Source: Granulicella sp.
Lineage (GTDB): Bacteria > Acidobacteriota > Terriglobia > Terriglobales > Acidobacteriaceae
Reading direction: 5' to 3'
NCBI GenBank assembly: GCA_027339965.1
Contig: DAHWNL010000060.1
Location: 1 to 11,300 of the forward strand
Length of the DNA stretch: 11,300 bases
Below, one piece after another: positions 1-6,575 of this stretch. The position numbers and the translations under genes are program-made. Each line of letters begins with the position of its first letter. Positions within the stretch are counted from its first letter, which is position 1. Below the pieces are notes generated by a model, which was given only the letters and a program-made list of their open reading frames with translations, was not told the DNA's origin and did no database searches.

Positions 1-242
1 ACCAGCACGATGTCAGGCTCCCGCTCGACCAGCCGCCGGATCACCTCGTAATCGACCCCGCTCGGAGCACGCCGCTGCGGCACCCGCTTGTAGCTGCCGT
101 TCTGCCGCTGGGCGCGCGCGATCTTCTGCACCCAGCCGTAGCTGACGTCAAACCGCAACGCCACCTCCTTCATCGTGCCCTTGCCGCCCGCATAAGCCGA
201 CAACACCTTGCGCCCAAGATCATCACCGTATGCCCGAGCCAT
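1..242 (-). CDS. IS630-family transposase, N-terminal HTH region (partial, truncated by window edge)
   Basis: My translation (absent from the ORF track): MARAYGDDLGRKVLSAYAGGKGTMKEVALRFDVSYGWVQKIARAQRQNGSYKRVPQRRAPSGVDYEVIRRLVEREPDIVL. This fits the IS630 pattern MxxxYSxDLRxRV...VAxRFxVS...PD. Confidence 0.88.
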   Translation of the reverse strand, partial: MARAYGDDLGRKVLSAYAGGKGTMKEVALRFDVSYGWVQKIARAQRQNGSYKRVPQRRAPSGVDYEVIRRLVEREPDIVL

Positions 243-313
243 ACATCAAATAGGAGCTCAATCCAGGCGGCTGCAAAGAATCAAGGCTTATACCCCAGAG
301 TTAAGATGGTCTA
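1..313 (-). mobile_element. IS630-family insertion sequence, left end (element continues beyond window start)
   Basis: A transposase N-terminus starts at 242. About 70 bp upstream the minus strand reads TA-GACCATCTTAACTCTGGGG, with TA at 312-313, consistent with the TA target of IS630 elements. The other end is outside the window, so the boundary is inferred. Confidence 0.75.
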
Positions 314-389
314 CCCCCTGCAACAAGAGACCGGAAAGATGCCGCCGTAGTCTCGGCAGCACACCAGAGATGCTGCTCTGCCGATCCAA

Positions 390-491
390 TCACGAACTCG
401 ACACTTCCACGGACAACAGCCGAACCGGCCCCAGCAGGCCAGATGGCATGAGGGGTGAGTGGGAGTTGAATTTGTGCACATTTCTCTGGTG
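390..491 (-). pseudogene. 3' remnant of a glycoside hydrolase (GH106 alpha-L-rhamnosidase / GH2-like C-terminus)
   Basis: A minus-strand frame reads HQRNVHKFNSHSPLMPSGLLGPVRLLSVEVSSS* (stop at 390-392). N-x-x-K-F-x-x-x-SPL-x-PSGLLGPVRL is the typical extreme C-terminus of these enzymes. There is an in-frame TGA just upstream (492-494), so this is only a fragment. Confidence 0.55.
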
Positions 492-681
492 TCAGCTTCT
501 CGCGTCGCAAGCGCCTTTCAACGAGCTCCCGTAGCGCTGGAACGGCCACACTCACAATCGCTTTGAAGAGCCTCGCTGTCTCGCTGATCGTGTTGTTGTC
601 ATTGCGTTTGGCACTGCCGAGGACCGCCTCGCCTCATGTCGATCGCAGCTCAAAATATTGACGCCGGCACGCATCCATATG

Positions 682-717
682 TAGACAAATTTTATCTATT
701 ATGAGACACTTTAGACT
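682..717 (+). promoter_or_regulatory. Candidate promoter/operator region of the TA operon
   Basis: AT-rich patch in GC-rich DNA. It holds an imperfect palindrome TAGACAAA-T-TTTATCTA (682-698, 7/8 arm match) and repeated AGAC cores (TAGACA 682, GAGACA 703, TAGACT 712), just upstream of the RBS GGAGG (719-723). Confidence 0.45.
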
Positions 718-731
718 TGGAGGCAATAGCT

Positions 732-1166
732 ATGGCGATCTTTCCTGCCTATGCCGCTCCCGGGTATCAGTTCGATAGGACCCCTGATTTGAGCCGTCTG
801 GAGACGCGGGAGCGTTTGAGCCAGTCTGCGATTGATGGGTTCTTCGCCATCATGGACAAGTGGCAGATCCCGATTGAACGGGCCGGAGAGCTGCTGGGCG
901 GGATGCCCCGCTCCACCGTATACAAGCTGAAGTCTACGGCCGGAACGCTACGGCAGGATGAGCTGACCCGGATTTCGTACATCGTCGGAATCTACAAAGC
1001 CTTGCACATTCTCTTGCCCGACGATCTGGCAGACCGCTGGGTCACGCAGCCGAACGACAATCCTCTCTTTCTGGGCCAGGCACCCGTCGATTACATCGTG
1101 AGGACCGGAATACCAGGGCTGCAACAGGTCCGGAGCCTTGTTGATGCGGAGCGGGGCGGGCACTGA
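732..1166 (+). CDS. Antitoxin, Xre/MbcA/ParS family (Xre-like HTH plus DUF2384-type C-terminal toxin-binding domain)
   Basis: HTH-like segment AGELLGGMPRSTVYKLK, then DELTRISYIVGIYKALHILL, WVTQPNDNPLFLGQAPVDYI, and a C-terminal VRSLVDAERGG. It lies directly upstream of a RES gene. I prefer ATG 732 over TTG 717 because GGAGG sits at 719-723. Confidence 0.92.
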   Translation: MAIFPAYAAPGYQFDRTPDLSRLETRERLSQSAIDGFFAIMDKWQIPIERAGELLGGMPRSTVYKLKSTAGTLRQDELTRISYIVGIYKALHILLPDDLADRWVTQPNDNPLFLGQAPVDYIVRTGIPGLQQVRSLVDAERGGH

Positions 1167-1892
1167 TTGGCAACACTTGTCCAGATCGACCAGGCGGAAA
1201 CCCATCGGCTCATCCCAGCGAAGTACGGCGCTGAGAGTGTGCTTGAGAGGCTTCCTCTGCCTGCAGACGTTCTCGCCGATCTGAGCGAACTCGACGCTGC
1301 CACCAATGAGCGGAAAATTGCGGAGAACGGTGGCAACAGTGCCATCGGCCCCGGAGAGCTCCTGTTAGGGGTGCCTGAGGCCCACATCGTGAATGCCGCT
1401 TTCACTCGCCCCGGTCCCTTCGGCGGGCGATTTCATAGTGGACACCGGGGCGCCTGGTACGCGGGCTTCGAGATCGAGACGTCGATTGCCGAGGTTGCGT
1501 TCCACAAGCGACGTTTCCTTGCGGACGGCCGCATCGAAGGTCAGCATCGCTTCGACTACATCGACTTTCTCGCCGACTTCTCCGGTGCGTTTCACACACT
1601 TGACGACGCGGAGCGGGCGAGTTGCCTCGAACCCGATCCGATTCCGCAGTGCTATAGCGTTTCGCAGGCGATCGCAACCAAGCTCCTGTTTGAAGGGGCG
1701 AACGGCATCGTGTATCCGAGCGTTCGCCGCCATTCCGGAACGTGCATCGCGTGCTTCCGTCCGGCGCTTGTCTATCGCCCTCGTCGCGGCAACAAGTTAA
1801 GGCTCAAGGTCGAAGCTGGCACGGACACGATGGATTCAGATGTTGTCCGTTTAGCTTGGAGTACCCGGCAAATTCTGTACCGGTGGGAGTGA
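1167..1892 (+). CDS. RES-domain toxin (RES family NAD+ phosphorylase / ADP-ribosyltransferase-like)
   Basis: Motifs THRLIP, GGRF, GAWYAG, ETSIAEVAFH, YSVSQ, GIVYPSVR and CIACFRP are present, including the R, E and S positions. The TTG start immediately follows the antitoxin TGA (1164-1166), suggesting translational coupling. Confidence 0.92.
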   Translation: MATLVQIDQAETHRLIPAKYGAESVLERLPLPADVLADLSELDAATNERKIAENGGNSAIGPGELLLGVPEAHIVNAAFTRPGPFGGRFHSGHRGAWYAGFEIETSIAEVAFHKRRFLADGRIEGQHRFDYIDFLADFSGAFHTLDDAERASCLEPDPIPQCYSVSQAIATKLLFEGANGIVYPSVRRHSGTCIACFRPALVYRPRRGNKLRLKVEAGTDTMDSDVVRLAWSTRQILYRWE

Positions 1893-2039
1893 GACAAATA
1901 GGTATGGAAAGAGCGTGGAACGGGCAATCCTGGGAAGCACACGCCTGAGCAGACTGTGAATATTCTGCGGCAGATCGAAGTCGTTGTGGCAAATGGAAAG
2001 ACACACCCGGTAGCAAGTCGCGAAGCGGGTATCACTGAA
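1857..2039 (+). mobile_element. Decayed IS3-family element, left end with truncated OrfA
   Basis: Frame 1926-2039 reads NPGKHTPEQTVNILRQIEVVVANGKTHPVASREAGITE, the N-terminus of IS3 OrfA. It has no start codon at the expected place, and similarity stops before the usual TYYRWR. TGGAGTACCCGGCAAATTCTGTACC at 1857 starts with TG and resembles an IS3 left inverted repeat (boundary inferred). Confidence 0.75.
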
Positions 2040-2048
2040 TACCTAGCC

Positions 2049-3143
2049 CTATGCACGCAATCGTTGCATCACTTCAGACACAGCTCGTTCTGCGGCGCTG
2101 ACAGCACCCGCAATATAGCCGGGCTCGATGGCGCTTGTCTCACTTCCGGCTAGCGAGAGCAGTTTCTGCCAATCCCCTGTGACCCATAGCTTCGCAGAAG
2201 CATTCGGATGCCCTCCGGCGCTGCGGTCCGCGGCTGTTGCCGTCAACGGGTCCGCCGCCCAATCCTTGAACAGGGTGGCGAGCGGATTTCTCGCCTCCGG
2301 TCCGAACAGATGAGCAAGCTGTTCCAGGCAGGCCTTGGTTAGCGCGGCGGATCCAAGAGATGCGCGGGCGTCAGCAGAGATGCCGGGAAAGCCAAACAGC
2401 GCCGCCTTTCCGGAGGCTGTTGTCGCGTCGTGAATCTCCGCCAGAGGCCCAACCATGCTTTGCGCGGTTCCAGCGAGTCCAGCGTCGCGCCAGAATGGAC
2501 GGTCGTAGATGGCGAGAAACTTCGCGTGCGGAGCCATCCACGTTGGCGTCTCTCTCCAAAGTTCTTCTGTGGCTGAGTCCATCGCCGGAGAGAACGAAAT
2601 CCGCGCCAACAGCCGCGGAGGAACCGCCGCGATCACCTGTTCGGCAGAGACCGTCTCCCCCAGGCCATCCGGTCCCTCCGTCGCCAGCTCCGCCTGCGTG
2701 GATCGAAGCGTCATCTGCCGCACTCGCGCATTCAGCAGAACGCCGCTTCGCGGAAGATTCCTGGCAAGAGCTTGAATCAGGGCTCCAGTCCCTCCGACAA
2801 TACGCATCGACTGCGGCTCCTGATGCGTGGAGCCATAGCGCCGAGGCGCTTCGCGGGACATGCGGTGGAAGATCACATCGCCGTCGCTGTGCTGCGGAAA
2901 CGCCTTAACACCCAACTCCCGCACCAGAGCAGCTACTTGGGGCTGCGCCTCCGGCCAAAACCAGGAGGGTCCCAGATCAAAACCATCCTCTGAGGGCGCG
3001 CCCGATGCGTCCACCGAGAGGACTCGTCCACCAAGCCGCTCACGGGCTTCCAGCAGCCTGAAGTCAATACGCGCTGCATGAAGGAGCTTTCCGGCATAAA
3101 GCCCGGCCAACCCGCCGCCTACAATCGCAACCGTGGTTTGCAT
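2049..3143 (-). CDS. Flavin monoamine oxidase family FAD-dependent oxidoreductase (short form, 364 aa)
   Basis: Rossmann motif VAIVGGGLAGL, then LLEARERLGGRV, FDLGPSWFW, YDRPFWR, and C-terminal LAGSET...GYIAGAV. GGAG lies upstream of the ATG. Confidence 0.92.
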   Translation of the reverse strand: MQTTVAIVGGGLAGLYAGKLLHAARIDFRLLEARERLGGRVLSVDASGAPSEDGFDLGPSWFWPEAQPQVAALVRELGVKAFPQHSDGDVIFHRMSREAPRRYGSTHQEPQSMRIVGGTGALIQALARNLPRSGVLLNARVRQMTLRSTQAELATEGPDGLGETVSAEQVIAAVPPRLLARISFSPAMDSATEELWRETPTWMAPHAKFLAIYDRPFWRDAGLAGTAQSMVGPLAEIHDATTASGKAALFGFPGISADARASLGSAALTKACLEQLAHLFGPEARNPLATLFKDWAADPLTATAADRSAGGHPNASAKLWVTGDWQKLLSLAGSETSAIEPGYIAGAVSAAERAVSEVMQRLRA

Positions 3144-3169
3144 CCGGCTCCGTCACTCGTTACAGCCTC

Positions 3170-3199
3170 ATGCTACTTCGATCGAAAGGTGCTGGTCAC
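3170..3199 (-). promoter_or_regulatory. Possible sigma70-type promoter of the amine oxidase gene, with a palindrome in the spacer
   Basis: The minus strand reads GTGACC-N18-TAGCAT, and the spacer contains the perfect palindrome TTCGATCGAA (3177-3186). Confidence 0.25.
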
Positions 3200-3230
3200 T
3201 TTCAGCCGGCATACCGCTCACCCCCATCGC

Positions 3231-4181
3231 TCACGAAGTTCCGGCATTGTCGCTGCCTGATTTGTTGGCAGCATGGGCTCGCGGATGGCGATGGTGATGT
3301 AGGACGTGCTTATCGATGTCCGGCCAGAACTCGCGGAAGACATTGGCCAAGGCATCACGACCAACCGCATAGCCAAACTTCTCTGTGAAGTCCTTCGTCA
3401 CGCCTTGTTCATCCGGATAGTAACTGAGCGAGATCGCCTGAGAGACGCCCCGGCCCAGAATCTCGGCGGCGTTAAAGGTGTTCTTCCCCTGATAGTTCGG
3501 AGTAATAAGGACGCGGGTGGCGGCATACCATCCCCTCTTCCAGACGCCGCCCGTGCCCATGGCGTAGTAGCGCTCGTCCTCATGAAGCGGAACCGGCAAG
3601 ATCGCATACACCCAATAGTTTCCGTCTGTCTTGTCCAGAAAGCCACGCCAGTAGTAGGCCCAATAGCCACCCACTCCCTTACCCAAAGAAGGGTGCGCGT
3701 CGTCACCCTTGGCCAACAGGGAGGTAATTCCCACGAAGACGAACGCCGAGTAGTCAAAGCTTTGCTCGGTGGCAACTCCGTACGCCTCCCGAGTGGTCGG
3801 CGGCGGCGCTGTCACCCCTGCGCTGACGGCGCGGTAGTTGGGCATCACGCCGAGAATTCGCTTCGGTTGGGGAAGAAGGTCATCCTGCGCGGTTGGCGTC
3901 TGGCCAGCAGCATTCGGCACAGCCGGAGTCTGCCCGCTTGAACTCTGCCCGGCCAAGCCTTGTGGCTGCGGCGCCTCCGGCAGATCGGCGCTGAGAGCGA
4001 TCTCCTGCTCAGCATCCGGCCCCGGCTGGCGGGATGTTGAAATCCCTGCGGCCGAAGCTGCCGCCCATGAATCCGCCGCTACGGCGTCCTGCTGTTGCTG
4101 GGCGCGGCCTTGAGCCGGCAAGCAGAGCACAGCCATCGCCATGGAGACCAGCACAGTCCATCGAAAAATCCTCAAACGCAT
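3231..4181 (-). CDS. Secreted/membrane hypothetical protein of a family common in Acidobacteria
   Basis: Signal peptide (MRLRIFRWTVLVSMAMAVLCLPAQG), a Q/P/A-rich linker with LPEAPQPQ, then KRILGVMPNYRAV, LHEDERYY and NVFREFWPDI blocks, and a His-rich tail. GGGGAG lies upstream of the ATG. Confidence 0.82.
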   Translation of the reverse strand: MRLRIFRWTVLVSMAMAVLCLPAQGRAQQQQDAVAADSWAAASAAGISTSRQPGPDAEQEIALSADLPEAPQPQGLAGQSSSGQTPAVPNAAGQTPTAQDDLLPQPKRILGVMPNYRAVSAGVTAPPPTTREAYGVATEQSFDYSAFVFVGITSLLAKGDDAHPSLGKGVGGYWAYYWRGFLDKTDGNYWVYAILPVPLHEDERYYAMGTGGVWKRGWYAATRVLITPNYQGKNTFNAAEILGRGVSQAISLSYYPDEQGVTKDFTEKFGYAVGRDALANVFREFWPDIDKHVLHHHRHPRAHAANKSGSDNAGTS

Positions 4182-4674
4182 TCACTCCCCTTCGCTGATT
4201 CCGTGAGCTTGATCAGCGCTCATTCCATCCATCCATTGATCCCGATCACTTCATGGGCCGCCGGGATCCGGCTGCTCACTACCTTGATTTCCATGGCTTC
4301 ATCACCATTGACAGAGAGCCAAGCCGGGCGCCAAGGAACAGAGATCGACCCCGCGCCTCGGCATTCGCAGTGCATGACGGTGCCGGGCTCACCCATCGGA
4401 CCGAAACTTCCGGCAGAGGAGCGATCCAGGCGACGCTGAGGCGGACCCGAGCGCCAGGCAGAAGAATCTCAACCCAACGGAAACAGAGCTTTCAGCGATG
4501 ATGTCTCTCGCATATAGACGATGATTCCATCTTCCAAGTCGCACTTCTTTGTCAGAACCCAGCGGAAATGCTCCGGATGGCTCAGCCATCGTGTATTGTG
4601 GCTGAAATCTCTTGAGCCTCAGCGATCGTGCTTCGCCGTCAGCCCCCAGCCCAAGCTCCTTCCACCGTTCTCTC

Positions 4675-6144
4675 CTACATGGAAGCCTCCCTGCCGTCTG
4701 CACCAGGCTCGTTCGGGTCGGTTCGGAGGGTCTTTGCCCGCAAAGCTTGTAGCAACAGCGGGCCTGCCTGTGAGACGCTGCCGGCGCCCAGCGTCAGAAG
4801 CATCTCCCCTGGCCACGCCTGCTGCGCTAGACGCTCAATCGCCTCAGCCATGGAAGCCGCATAGGTCACTCGCTCGCCCTCCTTCTCCCTGATTGCCGCC
4901 GTAAGCGCCTGCCCCGTGATCCCCTCAATCGGCGGTTCGCCGGCCGCATAGATATCCAAGACCACCACCGAATCCGCCTCTGCAAACGCCGTCACGAACT
5001 CCGCGATCAGATCCCGCGTCCGGCTGTAACGGTGGGGCTGGAAGAGCACCAACACGCGTCCAAATCCACACTCCCGCGCAGCCTGCAGCGTAGCTCGAAT
5101 CTCCGTCGGGTGGTGCCCATAGTCATCGATTACCGTCACCCCACCTTCAACGCCGCGCACCTGGAAGCGTCTATCCACACCGCGAAACGACGCCAGTCCG
5201 GCAGCAATCCTCTCAGGAGCCAGGCCAAGCTGCACCCCGATCGCCACAGCAGCAGTTGCATTCAGGATGTTGTGCCGTCCTGGAACATGCAGCTCAAAGG
5301 GTCCCCAAACTTGGCCCCGCGCCGTCACCTCAAAGCGCGCGCAGGGCTGGCAGGCTCTGCGGTCTTCATCGCTTGCAGCGCCGGAGACTATCTCTCTCGG
5401 CAAAAGACGCACGCGAAAATCGGCTTCCGGCGCAGTGCCGTAGGTGTACACTTTTCGCCGCACGCGGGGTAACAGCTCGCGCAGTCTGGAGTCGTCGACG
5501 CAGGCGGTCACGGCTCCATAAAAGGGAACCTTGTCCATGAACTCGACAAAACAGTTCTCCACATCGGCCATATCCGCATAGGAGTCCATATGCTCCCGAT
5601 CCAGATTTGTCACGACGGAGAGGATGGGAGACAGCTTGAGAAAGCTGCGGTCGCTTTCATCGGCCTCGGCCACAAGGTACTGCGACCGGCCCAAACGGGC
5701 ATTGGATCCCAACGCATCCACTCTCCCGCCCACCACCACGGTTGGATCCAGTTCTCCGCCGGCCAGCACCGCGGCCACCATCGAGGTCGTGGTTGTCTTC
5801 CCATGCATTCCGGCAACAGCAATCCCATACTTCAACCGCATCAACTCGGCCAGCATCTCCGCTCGCTGAATCACGGGTATCTTCTGCTCCCGCGCCATCA
5901 GCACCTCCGGGTTGTCCGGGACGATGGCCGAACTGGTCACCACCACATCACTGCCGGCGACGTTGCTCGCAGCATGACCGAGAAAGACGGTCGCTCCCAG
6001 CCGCTCCAGCCGCTCAGTTACCCCCGAGGAGCGCAGATCCGAGCCGGAAACGGCATAACCCATGGTCAGCAGGATCTCCGCGATTCCACTCATGCCGATC
6101 CCGCCAATCCCTATGAAATGCACCCTCTGCGACGGTGCAAACAT
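4675..6144 (-). CDS. murC: UDP-N-acetylmuramate--L-alanine ligase
   Basis: Motifs HFIGIGGIGMSGIA, AGMHGKTTTT, EADESD, DDYGHHPTEI, FQPHRYSRT and LTLGAG. I place the start at MFAPSQ (ATG 6144) because GGAG lies 7 nt upstream; the 90 extra codons in the track do not resemble MurC. Confidence 0.97.
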   Translation of the reverse strand: MFAPSQRVHFIGIGGIGMSGIAEILLTMGYAVSGSDLRSSGVTERLERLGATVFLGHAASNVAGSDVVVTSSAIVPDNPEVLMAREQKIPVIQRAEMLAELMRLKYGIAVAGMHGKTTTTSMVAAVLAGGELDPTVVVGGRVDALGSNARLGRSQYLVAEADESDRSFLKLSPILSVVTNLDREHMDSYADMADVENCFVEFMDKVPFYGAVTACVDDSRLRELLPRVRRKVYTYGTAPEADFRVRLLPREIVSGAASDEDRRACQPCARFEVTARGQVWGPFELHVPGRHNILNATAAVAIGVQLGLAPERIAAGLASFRGVDRRFQVRGVEGGVTVIDDYGHHPTEIRATLQAARECGFGRVLVLFQPHRYSRTRDLIAEFVTAFAEADSVVVLDIYAAGEPPIEGITGQALTAAIREKEGERVTYAASMAEAIERLAQQAWPGEMLLTLGAGSVSQAGPLLLQALRAKTLRTDPNEPGADGREASM

Positions 6145-6441
6145 CGCATGCTCCGGCAACCCTGTTCCCCTCATCTTCTCCCTATTGTCCCACCTCGTCC
6201 TCTGCATGCTGGAGCTACAGTCCCGTCTGACAGCAGGCCCTCCGTTCAGGCCATTTGCAGCGCGACGGGCACAGCCGGCTCCCCCGCCCGGCCTTAAGCC
6301 CCCTGATTCCCTTCTACAGTAAGTCATTGAAATATCTTGCGATAGCTCTTCAGCGCGAACCTGAGACGGGCTGCCAAAATCAAGCCAGACCAGGGCTCCC
6401 CAAGGGCGCTTCAAAGATCATCGGGTCAACCTGCAGCGACC

Positions 6442-6470
6442 GCAACTTAAATTCAATGATTTGAGTCTAA
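6442..6470 (+). promoter_or_regulatory. Candidate ECF sigma factor (RpoE/AlgU-type) promoter for the YXWGXW gene
   Basis: GCAACTT (6442-6448)-N16-GTCTAA (6465-6470) is close to the sigmaE-type consensus GGAACTT-N16-GTCnAA. It is correctly oriented, about 105 bp upstream of ATG 6576. Confidence 0.5.
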
Positions 6471-6575
6471 TCGTATCGAGAGCTTGAGCGTGGACCACGC
6501 CAGACTTTGAAGCTCTTGTCGGTGCTCGCAATCCGGATTAGCGGTACTTTGAGGCAGCTGGAAGGGTAAGCGATC

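Noticed and set aside
301..555. 84-aa minus ORF and the overlapping 108-aa plus ORF (208-534)
   Set aside because: Both cross the IS630 boundary and show no recognisable motif or RBS. The recognisable coding signal is in a different frame (390-491).
313..2039. Composite transposon carrying the TA pair
   Set aside because: The flanking elements belong to different families (IS630 and IS3) and the IS3 is decayed, so they cannot act as paired ends.
1956..2153. 65-aa ORF as a functional small protein
   Set aside because: It is a chimera of the IS3 OrfA remnant and the antisense strand of the oxidase 3' end.
4253..4892. Short ORFs in and around the region downstream of murC (4253-4501, 4389-4703, 4521-4892)
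   Set aside because: No convincing RBS or recognisable domain; they overlap each other and murC.
6184..6192. Extended -10-like TGGGACAAT upstream of murC (minus strand)
   Set aside because: There is no supporting -35 element and the match is too weak to call without TSS data.
6145..6414. 90-aa N-terminal extension of MurC in the ORF track
   Set aside because: No MurC-like sequence, and there is a good RBS before ATG 6144. Such open frames are common in GC-rich DNA.
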